Below are positions 28,270 through 40,300 of a stretch of 64,000 bases of DNA, one piece after another. The stretch is from assembly GCF_054482525.1 (NCBI RefSeq), contig NZ_CM137006.1; one strand, given 5' to 3'. The stretch's first letter is position 1. Every line of letters begins with the position of its first letter. The notes beneath the pieces are model-generated. The model saw only the letters and a list, made by a program, of their open reading frames with translations. It was not told where the DNA came from and searched no databases. Position numbers and translations under genes: made by a program.

Positions 28270-28926
28270 ATGAAACAGCCTGCGCCCGTTTATCAGAGAA
28301 TTGCGGGTCATCAATGGCGACATATCTGGCTTTCAGGCGATATACACGGTTGTCTTGAGCAGTTGCGCCGCAAATTATGGCATTGTCGTTTTGATCCGTG
28401 GCGAGATTTACTTATCTCAGTGGGAGACGTTATCGATCGTGGGCCGCAAAGTTTACGTTGCCTGCAGTTACTGGAACAACATTGGGTTCGTGCGGTAAGA
28501 GGCAATCATGAACAGATGGCGATGGATGCGCTGGCATCCCAGCAGATGTCTTTATGGTTGATGAATGGCGGCGACTGGTTTATTGCGCTGGCAGATAATC
28601 AACAGAAACAAGCGAAAGCGGCGCTGGAAAAATGTCAGCATTTGCCCTTTATTCTTGAAGTACACAGTCGCACCGGCAAACATGTTATTGCTCATGCCGA
28701 TTATCCAGATGATGTTTATGAATGGCAAAAGGACGTTGATTTGCATCAGGTCTTGTGGAGCCGCTCGCGATTAAGTGAACGCCAAAAAGTGCAGGGAATT
28801 ACAGGTGCTGATCATTTCTGGTTTGGTCATACACCGTTGCGCCATCGCGTGGATATTGGCAACCTGCATTATATTGATACAGGTGCTGTCTTTGGGGGCG
28901 AACTGACTGTTGTGCAATTGCAATAA
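28270..28926 (+). CDS. pphA: Serine/threonine protein phosphatase 1 (PPP-family metallophosphatase)
   Basis: ATG at 28270 gives MKQPAPVYQRIAGHQWRHIWLSGDIHGCLEQL… with GDIHG and GNHE metallophosphatase motifs; 218 aa. Confidence 0.9.
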   Translation: MKQPAPVYQRIAGHQWRHIWLSGDIHGCLEQLRRKLWHCRFDPWRDLLISVGDVIDRGPQSLRCLQLLEQHWVRAVRGNHEQMAMDALASQQMSLWLMNGGDWFIALADNQQKQAKAALEKCQHLPFILEVHSRTGKHVIAHADYPDDVYEWQKDVDLHQVLWSRSRLSERQKVQGITGADHFWFGHTPLRHRVDIGNLHYIDTGAVFGGELTVVQLQ

Positions 28927-29118
28927 TTAAAAATCACCGTACTCCTGTGCAGGTCGCCAGAAACCATCTATAAAATCCTCAATCGGAAAACAACCGCCAT
29001 GGCGGATCCGTTGATCGCTCATAGAATAAAGACACTGCTGTTCCGTGTTGTAGACATCCACAACAATATCTTCACAACCGCCATCCAGGTAGCAAACAAA
29101 AAGTACCAGCGCGAACAT
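28927..29118 (-). CDS. yebW: Small uncharacterised protein YebW
   Basis: ATG (complement 29116-29118) gives MFALVLFVCYLDGGCEDIVVDVYNTEQQCLYSMSDQRIRHGG…; 63 aa; the track ORF is a longer in-frame extension. Confidence 0.7.
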   Translation of the reverse strand: MFALVLFVCYLDGGCEDIVVDVYNTEQQCLYSMSDQRIRHGGCFPIEDFIDGFWRPAQEYGDF

Positions 29119-29222
29119 TTCATCCCCGAAGTGTGGTGCCGTACCGTTAAGTTTAGGAGAGATTTTACAACGGGGAAATAACCAGGACAAATAACCCGCC
29201 ATGCCGACGGGTTCTTTTTGGA

Positions 29223-29459
29223 TCAGGCAAGACGCATAATCCAGGCATCAGATTGTTGATCGTAACGGGTACGGTAAAGGACAGAGTGTTCGCCATTTAG
29301 CAGGGCGGGAATACTGGTTTCAGCATCCCAGGCATCCAGTTGCATACATAAATCGGGGTCTGATTTACAAGGAATGGTTAACGTTCGATCACCCGGCGAT
29401 TCGCCGTGTAATTCGCCGTCGTCGATTTCAAAAGCGCCTATGCGCACACTGGTTTTCAT
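29223..29459 (-). CDS. yebV: Small uncharacterised protein YebV
   Basis: ATG (complement 29457-29459) gives MKTSVRIGAFEIDDGELHGESPGDRTLTIPCKSDPDLCMQLDAWD…; 78 aa. Confidence 0.75.
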   Translation of the reverse strand: MKTSVRIGAFEIDDGELHGESPGDRTLTIPCKSDPDLCMQLDAWDAETSIPALLNGEHSVLYRTRYDQQSDAWIMRLA

Positions 29460-29576
29460 CTTCGTGCTCTCCATTTAGCTGCCGGTTGTGGTACGACCAG
29501 TCCGATCGCACCATTTTTCAGCCTAGTTGAGGCAGCCGAATGTGCCAGTCAAAAAGTGCGCTTTTTTTGTGCGCTG

Positions 29577-31016
29577 TCAGGCGTTACCGGTAAAAAGTTT
29601 CCCGTCTCGCACCAGTTCACGCGGGTAGCTGTTTTTCAGTCGCGAACCAATTCGTTTGGCTAAACCAATCGGCTGATGCTGGAAAGTTACCAATACATCA
29701 TCCGCTACTGGCGCGGCTTGCGGGTAAACATCGCGCCCGCGATACCACTCTTCCGCCTCCTGCGGTGTCAGTTCAAAAGCGTTCACATTGTCGGGGGAGG
29801 CAAGGGCAATAACCGCTTCATGCTGCCAGCGATAACCTTTGTTATGCGTTTCGGCAAGTTTAATCCCCAGGCGAGAAAATCGGACTTTACCGATCAGGGC
29901 TTCAATGCCTACCGGGAACAACCACAGTTCTTTGTCGCGTTGCCAGAGTCGCAGGTTTCCATCCCAGTTTAAGCCAACACTTGCAGCCGCCTGACAAATT
30001 TGTCCAGCTTCGCGATCTTTCACCGGGCTGAACGGGAAATTGCCCACTTTGTATTTTGGGGCGGGTAAGGCGGGAATCGCCTGAGTTTTACGCAGACGAG
30101 CAACGAAGAAGCCTTCGCAGTCGTAAATTTGTGGGAAAACATGCAAAAAGCCTTCTTCTGTCAGCGCCTTGTTTGCACCAGGGAAGAGATCGCCAAGCGG
30201 TAAAAACTCTACTGCGTCGGGGTAAGTCTCTTTCAGCCACAGGCAAACTGCTTCGTTTTCTTCCCTGTTTAAGGTACAGGTCGAGTAAACCAGCGTACCG
30301 CCAGGGCGTAATGCATGAAAGGCGCTGTCGATCAGTTCCCGTTGGGTAGCTGCGATTTCCTGATTGCTTTCTGGTGACCAGTTTTTTAGCGCATCGGGAT
30401 CTTTACGCACCACGCCTTCGCCGGAGCAGGGAGCGTCCAGCAAAATGGCATCGAACATTTCTGGCACTGCCGCACCAAATACACGGCCATCAAAATGCGT
30501 GAGCGCAACATTACGGATGCCACAGCGGCTGATATTGGCATGTAACACTTTTACTCGACTGGCGGAAAACTCATTGGCAAGGATCGCCCCTTCGTTATTC
30601 ATCCGCGCGGCAATTTGCGTCGTTTTGGAGCCTGGCGCAGCAGCGACATCCATCACCCGCTGTGGTGCATTACCGTCAGCAAACAAGGCGGCGACGGGCA
30701 ACATTGAACTGGCTTCCTGAATATAAAACAGGCCACTTAAATGCTCGGCGGTACTACCCAACGGCAATGCATCTTCATCGTCGCGTTCAATCCAGAAACC
30801 TCCTTCACTCCACGGAATTGGCGTAAGCGTCCAGCCATAAGGAGCGGTTAATTGCAGGAAATCAGCAACGGAGATTTTCAGCGTATTAACGCGAATGCTG
30901 CGGCGCAACGGGCGCTGACAGGCGGCAAGAAAATCATCAAAAGAGAGCGTCGAAGGCATCGCTTCGCGCATTTGCGTCAGAAAGGCGTCCGGGAAATAAA
31001 CGGTGTGTTGGGCCAC
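29577..31016 (-). CDS. rsmF: 16S rRNA m5C1407 methyltransferase RsmF
   Basis: 479-aa ORF (GTG start; an in-frame ATG lies 6 nt upstream) …[43 protein letters not shown]…; SAM-dependent RsmB/F family. Confidence 0.9.
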   Translation of the reverse strand: MAQHTVYFPDAFLTQMREAMPSTLSFDDFLAACQRPLRRSIRVNTLKISVADFLQLTAPYGWTLTPIPWSEGGFWIERDDEDALPLGSTAEHLSGLFYIQEASSMLPVAALFADGNAPQRVMDVAAAPGSKTTQIAARMNNEGAILANEFSASRVKVLHANISRCGIRNVALTHFDGRVFGAAVPEMFDAILLDAPCSGEGVVRKDPDALKNWSPESNQEIAATQRELIDSAFHALRPGGTLVYSTCTLNREENEAVCLWLKETYPDAVEFLPLGDLFPGANKALTEEGFLHVFPQIYDCEGFFVARLRKTQAIPALPAPKYKVGNFPFSPVKDREAGQICQAAASVGLNWDGNLRLWQRDKELWLFPVGIEALIGKVRFSRLGIKLAETHNKGYRWQHEAVIALASPDNVNAFELTPQEAEEWYRGRDVYPQAAPVADDVLVTFQHQPIGLAKRIGSRLKNSYPRELVRDGKLFTGNA

Positions 31017-31095
31017 GAGCATATACCACTGGCAAAAAAACAGGCGCGCAGTTTAGCATAAACGCTCCGGCGCAGGCACGCCGGAGCAGTGGGCA

Positions 31096-33729
31096 TTATT
31101 TGGGAAGCGCAGTACCCCATTCACGCCACTCTTTCGGTTCACTTTCCTGCAACAGGAAGTGCTTGCCTTCCTGGGCTTTCGGTGCCAGCGGCGTACCCGG
31201 AGGCGTAGCGAAGGCGATGCCGCCACGGATAAACTGGTTAAAGGTGCCGGTTTTCACGACGCCGCCCGTCAGACCAAAGTCCAGACTGTAACCCGATGCC
31301 AACCAGAAGACGGAATTGTTACGCACCAGGTGTTGATAGCGTTTACTGATGCGCATCGCAATCATCACGCGATCTGACAATGTCCCCAGCGTCATTCCGG
31401 TAACCGTACCGACTTCCAGACCACGGAATAGCACAGGCGTACCGATGCCTAACGAACCGGCTTCCGGCGCTTCAACAATAATGCTTAAGCCATCCAGGTA
31501 ACGCGAATCAGTTATGGTGGCCTCTTGTAATTCAAAGTCGCGGCGAGGGTTGCCCCGTCCTGGTTCGACGTTGATATACGGCTGGAGGATAGTATCAAGA
31601 TGCTCAACGCCAGCTGCCGAAATTTGCGGTGTGACAACTGAGAAGCGCGTACCACCGCGAGCAAAGGTCTGGACATATTCCGGATAGAGCACCGCCTTTG
31701 CCTGTACTTCATTGCGCGCGGTAATCAGATCCAGCGTCTGGATTTGCCCGATATCAATACCGAGATAGCGAATTGGCATCCCGACCGCCAGTTTTCCGGC
31801 ATCGAAAGCGTGAAGCGTAATCTGCCCGCCAACCGCACGGGCTGCTGTTTCGGAAGCATACAGAATACGCTTGTCGCCTTTACGCTGACTGGCGCTGGCA
31901 CCGCTGAGGTTATCGAAGCTAATAGCCCCCTTTAATGCTCTGGAGAGCGGGGATGCCTGTACAGTCAGACCACTACCATTCAGCTGAACTTTCGCCCCAC
32001 CTTCTGCCCAGAACACGCTGTTGCTGGTCAGAAGGTTGCGATACTCCGGCTTAATATGCAGATCGATATCAAACGCGTTAGCTCGCGGACGCACGGTAAT
32101 AACTTCACCAACTTCAAATTTACGGTACAGCACTACCGATCCTGCCTGCACATCCGGCAGCGTCTCTGCACTCAAACTCACGGTTGTGGTGGGTAAATCG
32201 CTAAGGCTGTTCTCCAGCGCTTTTTCCAGATTGGCATACAGTGGATAGCTGGCTTTCATCTCGCCTTTATCGCCTGGCAGAATACGTATCCCGCCGTTAA
32301 TCCATTCTGAGGCGCTGGCACCGAGAAACTCAACGCCATCCAGCCCCACCTTCACGTCGACACGGCTGTTGACGACAAATTTGCTATCGCCTTTTACCAG
32401 TTCGCGATGCTGAGGCTCGATGGCGACGGTAAAGGTGACGCCTTTGCTGGTGAGTTTACGATCAATAACCTGGCCTACCTGCACGCCGTGAAGAATGAGC
32501 GGTTGACCAGCATCAATACCGTAACTTTCCGGCGCGGTCAGGGTCAGTGTCAGAACATCCGGCTCTTGCAGTAGGGCTTTTTCGCCTGGCACAACAACGA
32601 ACTCTTTGCGTGGCTCGCCATCGCCGGGCACCAACTCGAAGGTTTTGCCGGTCAGCAGGGCGCTGAGATTGGCATCGCTAAGGGATAATTTCGGATTACG
32701 TAATTCGATGCGGGTATTTTCACGAAGCAGGGTGACGACGCTGGGATCAACGGTCATTTCCCCAGTGACTTTACCACCAGGATTTAAATCCAGTTTAGTC
32801 AGCTGTCCGACTTCCAGCCCCTGATACATTAACGGCGTCGAGTCGGCGGTTAATCCGGCCCCACTCGGCAGTTCCAGTTTTATTATTACGCCACGCTGGC
32901 TGTGGGCGAGATCTTCATACAGACCAAAGGTATCTTCCGCCTCGGCAGGTTTCGACTCTTCAGGTGAATCGAAGGCAATCGCACCGTTAACCAGTGCCGC
33001 CAGACTTTCCAGTTTCACCTTCGCGCCACTGATACTGACGTTGGCATCAACGCCGGAAACGTTCCAGAAACGGCTACCTTTTTTCACCAGGTCGGTAAAA
33101 CGCCGCTCGATCAGGACATCAATCACCACGCCTTGCTTGTTGGGATTGATGGCATAGTCGTAGACTTTTCCGACCGGGATCTTGCGGAAATAGACCAATG
33201 AACCGCTGTTCAGCGAACCGAGATCGGGGGCTTGAAGGTGGATCATCAGATCGCCATTGTCCAGCCGATATTTCGGTTGGGTATCGAGTGCGACAAAGTG
33301 ATCCTGCTCTTTACCTTTACCCGGCATCATGCCGATATAGTTACCACCGACGAGGGCGTCCAGCCCGGAGACACCTGCCAGCGAGGCCTTTGGCGTCACC
33401 AGCCAGAACTGTGTCTCTTCGCGCAGCGCATCTTTCATATCAGACTTGATGCTGACCTTGACTTCAATCTTACGAAGATCGTCGCTCAGGCTGATATCCT
33501 GCACAGTTCCGACTTCAACGCCCTGATAACGAACAGGGGTGCGGCCCGGGACAATACCATCCGCCGACATAAAGTCGATGGTGACGGTATTACCCCGGTC
33601 CTGATAACTATCCCAAATCAGCCAACCGGCAATCATTAGCGCGATGAATGGCAGCAGCCAGAAAGGTGAGATACGGCGTTTATTTTTAATCTGCGCTTCA
33701 GTCGTCGAAGCGGGCGTTTCCTGACTCAT
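31096..33729 (-). CDS. letB: Lipophilic envelope-spanning tunnel protein LetB (YebT), multi-MCE domain
   Basis: ATG (complement 33727-33729) gives [39 protein letters not shown]…; 877 aa; repeated MCE-domain architecture. Confidence 0.9.
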   Translation of the reverse strand: MSQETPASTTEAQIKNKRRISPFWLLPFIALMIAGWLIWDSYQDRGNTVTIDFMSADGIVPGRTPVRYQGVEVGTVQDISLSDDLRKIEVKVSIKSDMKDALREETQFWLVTPKASLAGVSGLDALVGGNYIGMMPGKGKEQDHFVALDTQPKYRLDNGDLMIHLQAPDLGSLNSGSLVYFRKIPVGKVYDYAINPNKQGVVIDVLIERRFTDLVKKGSRFWNVSGVDANVSISGAKVKLESLAALVNGAIAFDSPEESKPAEAEDTFGLYEDLAHSQRGVIIKLELPSGAGLTADSTPLMYQGLEVGQLTKLDLNPGGKVTGEMTVDPSVVTLLRENTRIELRNPKLSLSDANLSALLTGKTFELVPGDGEPRKEFVVVPGEKALLQEPDVLTLTLTAPESYGIDAGQPLILHGVQVGQVIDRKLTSKGVTFTVAIEPQHRELVKGDSKFVVNSRVDVKVGLDGVEFLGASASEWINGGIRILPGDKGEMKASYPLYANLEKALENSLSDLPTTTVSLSAETLPDVQAGSVVLYRKFEVGEVITVRPRANAFDIDLHIKPEYRNLLTSNSVFWAEGGAKVQLNGSGLTVQASPLSRALKGAISFDNLSGASASQRKGDKRILYASETAARAVGGQITLHAFDAGKLAVGMPIRYLGIDIGQIQTLDLITARNEVQAKAVLYPEYVQTFARGGTRFSVVTPQISAAGVEHLDTILQPYINVEPGRGNPRRDFELQEATITDSRYLDGLSIIVEAPEAGSLGIGTPVLFRGLEVGTVTGMTLGTLSDRVMIAMRISKRYQHLVRNNSVFWLASGYSLDFGLTGGVVKTGTFNQFIRGGIAFATPPGTPLAPKAQEGKHFLLQESEPKEWREWGTALPK

Positions 33730-34981
33730 GTGCATCCCAAAGTAAGCGGCTGTCCAGCCATTCCACAGCAAGAATAGTCAAAATTACCGCTGCGCCGAAA
33801 TAAAACGCAGCCGGTCCCATAGTAAAAGCGAGGATCTGATCGCGATTAATCAGCGACATGGTTAAAGATATGACAAACAGGTCGAGCATCGACCAGCGAC
33901 CAATCCAGGTCACCATCCGCAGTAACAGAATGCGTGTGCGTAAACCTTGCTGGCATTTAAAATGAATACTCAACAGTAAAGTGAACATGACGATCACTTT
34001 AGTAAACGGTACCAGAATACTGGCGATAAACACGATTCCGGCGACCGCAATGTTGCTACTTGCCAGCGACATAATCCCGGAAAGAATTGTATCTTCCTGC
34101 CGGCCACCATTCAGATAAATGATAGAAATAGGCAACAGGTTGGCAGGTAACAATAAAACGATTGACGCTAACAGCGCCGCCCAGCATTTTTGCAGACTAT
34201 GACGGCGACGCAGGCGTAGCGGGATATGGCAACGCGGGCAGCGACCACGCTGATCAGGATAGCCGGTAAAATGGCACCCAAGACAGACACGGAGTTTCTC
34301 GTCTCTACACGTAGCGGGGCGCTGTGGATAAAATCGCTCCCACAGTTCTTCGACATTGAGATGTGACAACGTCACCGTCGTTAAAATCACTAACGCCACA
34401 AAAGAGAACAAGCCGACACCCGCCTGGATATGGGCATAATCCTGTACCTTTATAGAAGCAACGCCAATGCCGACCAGGTAGATATCGAGCATTACCCACT
34501 CTTTCAGTCGCTCAAGCATCAGCAGTACCGGACGTAGATTCATTCCCAGTCGGTTACCAAACCATAAATAAGCTATGGAGGTCACCAGAATGAGGGGGGC
34601 ACCAATAACGCAGAAAAAGACCATTGATCCCGTTATCGCATCGCCCTGTTTGGTCATTTGCCAGATGCCTTGCATAACGTTGGCGTCAATACGAATGCCT
34701 AACAGCCAGATATGCAACAGCGGTTCGCCCCAGGCAAACGGCATAAGCAACAGCATGGTGAAGGCCATTGCCGCCAGGCGCGTTAGCGACCAGTCGCGCC
34801 CGTCACGAATTTTTGCCTGACAGCGCGGACAATAGGCACTTTGATGAGAATTTATCTCGGGCAGGCTAAACAGCATGTCACATTGCGGGCAACGTTGGTA
34901 ATCACCACGCGGCAGTTCCTCACCGATAGCCCTCACTGTTATCTTTTTTGTCGGCGTAATTTGTGGTGTGTTAAGAGCCAT
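33698..34981 (-). CDS. letA: Paraquat-inducible-A-like inner-membrane protein LetA (YebS)
   Basis: 427-aa ORF with paired Cys motifs (CPQCDM…CPRCQ; CLGCH…CPRCH) and transmembrane segments; 32-bp overlap with letB. Confidence 0.9.
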   Translation of the reverse strand: MALNTPQITPTKKITVRAIGEELPRGDYQRCPQCDMLFSLPEINSHQSAYCPRCQAKIRDGRDWSLTRLAAMAFTMLLLMPFAWGEPLLHIWLLGIRIDANVMQGIWQMTKQGDAITGSMVFFCVIGAPLILVTSIAYLWFGNRLGMNLRPVLLMLERLKEWVMLDIYLVGIGVASIKVQDYAHIQAGVGLFSFVALVILTTVTLSHLNVEELWERFYPQRPATCRDEKLRVCLGCHFTGYPDQRGRCPRCHIPLRLRRRHSLQKCWAALLASIVLLLPANLLPISIIYLNGGRQEDTILSGIMSLASSNIAVAGIVFIASILVPFTKVIVMFTLLLSIHFKCQQGLRTRILLLRMVTWIGRWSMLDLFVISLTMSLINRDQILAFTMGPAAFYFGAAVILTILAVEWLDSRLLWDAHESGNARFDD

Positions 34982-35110
34982 GACGTGCCAAATGTAATAA
35001 GAATTAACATTAATCTTAACCCATGATGGGAATGATCTTGAGCATTAACGCATTTAATGCTTATTTTAATAGGCTGGCAGTTCCTGGTAAGACAACCAAG
35101 TGATTATATA

Positions 35111-35608
35111 ATGAACAAAACAGAATTTTACGCGGATTTAAATCGCGACTTTAACGCGCTGATGGCAGGAGAAACCAGTTTTCTGGCAACGCTTGCGAAC
35201 ACCAGTGCGTTGTTATATGAGCGTCTCACTGACGTAAACTGGGCAGGTTTTTATTTGCTTGAGGACGATACACTGGTGCTCGGACCATTTCAGGGCAAAA
35301 TTGCCTGTGTCCGGATACCCGTCGGGCGCGGCGTGTGCGGCACTGCGGTTGCCCGCAATCAAGTGCAGCGTATCGAGGATGTTCATGCGTTTGACGGGCA
35401 TATTGCCTGTGATGCGACGAGTAATTCTGAAATTGTTCTGCCGCTGGTGGTGAAAAATCAGATTATTGGTGTTCTCGACATCGATAGTACCGTCTTCGGT
35501 CGCTTTACAGACGAGGACGAGCAAGGCTTACGTCAGCTTGTGGCACAGCTTGAAAAGGTGCTTGCAACGACGGATTACAAAAAATTCTTTGCGAGCGTCG
35601 CAGGATAA
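35111..35608 (+). CDS. msrC: Free methionine-(R)-sulfoxide reductase (GAF domain)
   Basis: ATG at 35111 gives MNKTEFYADLNRDFNALMAGETSFLATLANTSALLYERL…; 165 aa. Confidence 0.9.
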   Translation: MNKTEFYADLNRDFNALMAGETSFLATLANTSALLYERLTDVNWAGFYLLEDDTLVLGPFQGKIACVRIPVGRGVCGTAVARNQVQRIEDVHAFDGHIACDATSNSEIVLPLVVKNQIIGVLDIDSTVFGRFTDEDEQGLRQLVAQLEKVLATTDYKKFFASVAG

Positions 35609-35704
35609 TCAACGGATAACGTAGCATTTACTGATAGCGTCATTATAATGACGCCTGTTCATGCCTGCGCTTGTTGGCTACGTCCGTTGTAATCAGGAAA
35701 TTTC

Positions 35705-36403
35705 ATGGAAAATCAACCTAAGTTGAATAGCAGTAAAGAAGTAATCGCGTTTCTGGCCGAACGTTTTCCCCACTGTTTCAGTGCGGAAGGTGAAGCGCGT
35801 CCGCTGAAAATCGGTATTTTTCAGGATTTGGTCGATCGTGTTGCCGGGGAAATGAACCTGAGCAAAACGCAATTACGATCCGCTTTACGTCTCTACACTT
35901 CGAGCTGGCGTTATCTTTACGGTGTTAAACCCGGCGCAACGCGTGTCGATCTTGACGGCAACCCATGCGGTGAGCTGGACGAGCAACATGTAGAGCATGC
36001 TCGCAAGCAGCTTGAAGAAGCGAAAGCGCGTGTTCAGGCACAGCGTGCTGAACAGCAAGCGAAAAAACGCGAAGCTGCCGCAGCTGCTGGTGAGAAAGAA
36101 GACGCACCGCGACGCGAACGCAAGCCACGTCCGACCACGCCACGCCGCAAAGAAGGCGCTGAACGTAAACCTCGTGCGCAAAAGCCGGTAGAGAAAGCGC
36201 CAAAAACAGTAAAAGCACCTCGCGAAGAACAGCACACCCCGGTTTCTGACATTTCAGCTCTGACTGTCGGACAAGCCCTGAAGGTGAAAGCGGGTCAAAA
36301 CGCGATGGATGCCACCGTATTAGAAATCACCAAAGACGGCGTCCGCGTCCAGCTGAATTCGGGTATGTCTTTGATTGTGCGCGCAGAACACCTGGTGTTC
36401 TGA
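35705..36403 (+). CDS. proQ: RNA chaperone ProQ
   Basis: 232-aa [45 protein letters not shown]…; basic linker and C-terminal Tudor-like domain. Confidence 0.93.
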
Positions 36404-36422
36404 AACGGAGGCCGGGCCAGGC

Positions 36423-38471
36423 ATGAACATGTTTTTTAGGCTTACCGCGTTAGCTGGCCTGCTTGCAATAGCAGGCCAGACCTTCGCTGTAGAAGATATC
36501 ACGCGTGCTGATCAAATTCCGGTATTAAAGGAAGAGACGCAGCATGCGACGGTGAGTGAGCGCGTAACGTCGCGCTTCACCCGTTCTCATTATCGCCAGT
36601 TCGACCTCGATCAGGCATTTTCGGCCAAAATCTTTGACCGCTACCTGAATCTGCTCGATTACAGCCACAACGTGCTGCTGGCAAGTGATGTTGAACAGTT
36701 CGCGAAAAAGAAAACCGAGTTAGGCGATGAACTGCGTTCAGGAAAACTCGACGTTTTCTACGATCTCTACAATCTGGCGCAAAAGCGTCGTTTTGAACGT
36801 TACCAGTACGCTTTGTCGGTACTGGAAAAGCCGATGGATTTCACCGGCAACGACACTTATAACCTTGACCGCAGCAAAGCGCCCTGGCCGAAAAACGAGG
36901 CTGAGTTGAACGCGCTGTGGGACAGTAAAGTCAAATTCGACGAGTTAAGCCTGAAGCTGGCAGGAAAAACGGATAAAGAAATTCGTGAAACCCTGACTCG
37001 CCGCTACAAATTTGCCATTCGTCGTCTGGCGCAAACCAACAACGAAGATGTTTTCTCGCTGGCAATGACGGCGTTTGCACGTGAAATCGACCCGCATACC
37101 AACTATCTTTCCCCGCGTAATACCGAACAGTTCAACACTGAAATGAGTTTGTCGCTGGAAGGTATTGGCGCAGTGCTGCAAATGGATGATGACTACACCG
37201 TTATCAATTCGATGGTGGCAGGTGGCCCGGCAGCGAAGAGTAAAGCTATCAGCGTTGGTGACAAAATTGTCGGTGTTGGTCAAACAGGCAAGCCGATGGT
37301 TGACGTGATTGGCTGGCGTCTTGATGATGTGGTTGCCTTAATTAAAGGGCCGAAGGGCAGTAAAGTTCGTCTGGAAATTTTACCTGCTGGTAAAGGGACC
37401 AAGACCCGTACTGTAACGTTGACCCGTGAACGTATTCGCCTCGAAGACCGTGCGGTTAAAATGTCGGTGAAGACCGTCGGTAAAGAGAAAGTCGGCGTTC
37501 TGGATATTCCAGGTTTCTATGTGGGTTTGACAGACGATGTCAAAGTGCAGTTGCAGAAACTGGAAAAACAGAATGTCAGCAGTGTCATCATCGACCTGCG
37601 TAGCAATGGCGGTGGGGCGTTGACCGAAGCGGTATCGCTCTCCGGTCTGTTCATTCCATCCGGTCCGATTGTTCAGGTCCGTGATAACAACGGTAAAGTT
37701 CGTGAAGACAGCGATACCGATGGGCAGGTTTTCTATAAAGGCCCGCTGGTGGTGCTGGTTGACCGCTTCAGTGCTTCGGCTTCAGAAATCTTTGCCGCGG
37801 CAATGCAGGATTACGGTCGTGCGCTGGTTGTGGGTGAACCGACGTTTGGTAAAGGCACCGTTCAGCAATACCGTTCATTGAACCGTATTTACGATCAGAT
37901 GTTACGTCCTGAATGGCCAGCGCTGGGTTCTGTGCAGTACACGATCCAGAAATTCTATCGCGTTAACGGCGGCAGTACGCAACGTAAAGGCGTAACGCCA
38001 GACATCATCATGCCGACGGGTAATGAAGAAACGGAAACGGGTGAGAAATTCGAAGATAACGCGCTGCCGTGGGATAGCATCGATGCCGCGACCTATGTGA
38101 AATCGGGAGATTTGACGGCCTTTGGACCGGAGCTGCTGAAGGAACATAATGCGCGTATCGCGAAAGATCCAGAGTTCCAGAACATCATGAAGGATATCGC
38201 GCGCTTCAACGCTATGAAGGACAAGCGCAATATCGTTTCTCTGAATTACGCTGTGCGTGAGAAAGAGAATAATGAAGATGATGCGACGCGTCTGGCGCGT
38301 TTGAACGAACGCTTTAAGCGCGAAGGTAAACCGGAGTTGAAGAAACTGGATGATCTACCGAAAGATTACCAGGAGCCGGATCCTTATCTGGATGAGACGG
38401 TGAATATCGCACTCGATCTGGCAAAGCTTGAAAAAGCCAGACCCGCGGAACAACCCGCTCCCGTCAAGTAA
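36423..38471 (+). CDS. prc: Tail-specific (C-terminal processing) protease Prc
   Basis: ATG at 36423 gives MNMFFRLTALAGLLAIAGQTFAVEDITRADQIP…; 682 aa; the track ORF begins upstream in-frame inside proQ. Confidence 0.93.
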   Translation: MNMFFRLTALAGLLAIAGQTFAVEDITRADQIPVLKEETQHATVSERVTSRFTRSHYRQFDLDQAFSAKIFDRYLNLLDYSHNVLLASDVEQFAKKKTELGDELRSGKLDVFYDLYNLAQKRRFERYQYALSVLEKPMDFTGNDTYNLDRSKAPWPKNEAELNALWDSKVKFDELSLKLAGKTDKEIRETLTRRYKFAIRRLAQTNNEDVFSLAMTAFAREIDPHTNYLSPRNTEQFNTEMSLSLEGIGAVLQMDDDYTVINSMVAGGPAAKSKAISVGDKIVGVGQTGKPMVDVIGWRLDDVVALIKGPKGSKVRLEILPAGKGTKTRTVTLTRERIRLEDRAVKMSVKTVGKEKVGVLDIPGFYVGLTDDVKVQLQKLEKQNVSSVIIDLRSNGGGALTEAVSLSGLFIPSGPIVQVRDNNGKVREDSDTDGQVFYKGPLVVLVDRFSASASEIFAAAMQDYGRALVVGEPTFGKGTVQQYRSLNRIYDQMLRPEWPALGSVQYTIQKFYRVNGGSTQRKGVTPDIIMPTGNEETETGEKFEDNALPWDSIDAATYVKSGDLTAFGPELLKEHNARIAKDPEFQNIMKDIARFNAMKDKRNIVSLNYAVREKENNEDDATRLARLNERFKREGKPELKKLDDLPKDYQEPDPYLDETVNIALDLAKLEKARPAEQPAPVK

Positions 38472-38475
38472 TATC

Positions 38476-38507
38476 AATCAGGCACAAGAAATTGTGCCTG
38501 ATTTTTT
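38476..38507 (+). terminator. Intrinsic terminator downstream of prc
   Basis: AATCAGGCACAA-GAAA-TTGTGCCTGATT hairpin followed by a T6 run. Confidence 0.75.
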
Positions 38508-38662
38508 AACAGCGGCAAGATGCCGTAAATCAGATGCTACAAAATGTAAAGTTGTGTCTTTCTGGTGACTTACGCACTATCCAGACTTGAAAATAGTCGC
38601 GTAACCCATACGATGTGGGTATCGCATATTGCGTTTTGTTAAACTGAGGTAAAAAGAAAATT

Positions 38663-39544
38663 ATGATGCGAATCGCGCTCTTCCTGCTAACGAACCTGGC
38701 CGTAATGGTCGTTTTCGGGCTGGTACTGAGCCTGACAGGGATACAGTCGAGCAGCGTTCAGGGGCTGATGATCATGGCCTTGCTGTTCGGTTTTGGTGGT
38801 TCCTTCGTTTCGCTTCTGATGTCCAAATGGATGGCATTACGATCTGTTGGCGGGGAAGTGATCGAGCAACCGCGTAACGAAAGGGAACGTTGGCTGGTCA
38901 ATACTGTAGCAACCCAGGCTCGTCAGGCGGGGATCGCTATGCCGCAAGTGGCTATCTACCATGCGCCGGACATCAACGCTTTTGCAACCGGTGCGCGCCG
39001 TGATGCCTCTCTGGTTGCTGTCAGCACCGGTTTGCTGCAGAACATGAGCCCGGATGAAGCCGAGGCGGTAATTGCTCACGAAATCAGCCACATCGCCAAT
39101 GGTGATATGGTCACCATGACGCTGATTCAGGGCGTGGTGAACACCTTCGTTATCTTTATTTCCCGTATTCTGGCGCAGCTTGCCGCGGGTTTTATGGGCG
39201 GAAATCGTGATGAAGGTGAAGAGAGCAACGGCAACCCGCTGATCTACTTTGCGGTTGCAACGGTTCTGGAACTGGTGTTTGGTATTCTGGCGAGCATTAT
39301 CACCATGTGGTTCTCGCGTCATCGTGAATTCCACGCCGATGCGGGTTCAGCAAAACTGGTTGGTCGCGAGAAAATGATTGCTGCATTGCAGCGCCTGAAA
39401 ACCAGCTATGAACCGCAAGAAGCAACCAGCATGATGGCTTTCTGCATTAACGGTAAGTCGAAATCACTCAGTGAGTTGTTCATGACTCACCCGCCGCTGG
39501 ATAAACGTATTGAAGCTCTGCGTACGGGTGAATACCTGAAGTAA
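38663..39544 (+). CDS. htpX: Membrane zinc metalloprotease HtpX
   Basis: 293-aa ORF; HEISH zinc-binding motif; matches HtpX. Confidence 0.93.
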
Positions 39545-39559
39545 TATGAAGTAAATACT

Positions 39560-39591
39560 AAAAAGCGCGTCCTGATCGACGCGCTTTTTTT
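39560..39591 (+). terminator. Intrinsic terminator downstream of htpX
   Basis: GCGCGTC…GACGCGC hairpin followed by a T7 run. Confidence 0.7.
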
Positions 39592-39592
39592 G

Positions 39593-40270
39593 TGCACAGA
39601 AAACCCCCAGCTAGGCTGGGGGTTCCGGAAAGCTTTCAGCTTTGAGCCAGTTATTAAAACCCCTTTTGATTTGTTAAAACACCTTGCGGTCTGGCAACTG
39701 CAAGTGTCAAACAAGAAATCAAAAGGGGGTCCCAATGGGGAACGAAAAGAGCTTAGCGCACACCCGATGGAACTGTAAATATCACATAGTTTTTGCGCTA
39801 AAATACCGAAGACAGGTGTTCTACAGAGAGAAGCGTAGAGCAATAGGCAGTATTTTGAGAAAGCTGTGTGAGTGGAAAAGCGTACGGATTCTGGAAGCTG
39901 AATGCTGTGCAGATCATATCCATATGCTTGTGGAGATCCCGCCCAAAATGAGCGTATCCGGGTTTATGGGATATCTGAAAGGGAAAAGCAGTCTGATGCT
40001 TTACGAGCAGTTTGGTGATTTGAAATTCAAATACAGGAACAGGGAGTTCTGGTGCAGAGGGTACTACGTCGATACAGTGGGTAAGAACACGGCGAAGATA
40101 CAGGATTACATAAAGCACCAGCTTGAAGAGGATAAAATGGGAGAGCAGTTATCGATTCCCTATCCGGGCAGCCCGTTTACGGGCCGTAAGTAACGAAGTT
40201 GGATGCAAATGTCAGATCGTGTGCGCCTGTTAGGGCGCGGCTGGTAAGAGAGCCTTATAGGCGCATTTGA
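39593..40270 (+). mobile_element. IS200 insertion sequence (boundaries approximate)
   Basis: Contains an IS200 tnpA; left end carries the two characteristic stem-loops (CCCCCAGC-TAG-GCTGGGGG at 39604-39622, and an RBS-sequestering helix pairing 39660-39672 with 39716-39729 just before the ATG); IS200 lacks terminal inverted repeats, so the ends are estimated. Confidence 0.8.
39735..40193 (+). CDS. tnpA: IS200 transposase TnpA (HuH Y1 transposase)
   Basis: ATG at 39735 gives MGNEKSLAHTRWNCKYHIVFALKYRRQVFY…HIHMLVEIPPK…RGYYVDTVG…; 152 aa; near-identical to IS200 TnpA as recalled. Confidence 0.9.
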   Translation: MGNEKSLAHTRWNCKYHIVFALKYRRQVFYREKRRAIGSILRKLCEWKSVRILEAECCADHIHMLVEIPPKMSVSGFMGYLKGKSSLMLYEQFGDLKFKYRNREFWCRGYYVDTVGKNTAKIQDYIKHQLEEDKMGEQLSIPYPGSPFTGRK

Positions 40271-40300
40271 AAAACCTCCGGCTATGCCGGAGGATATTTA

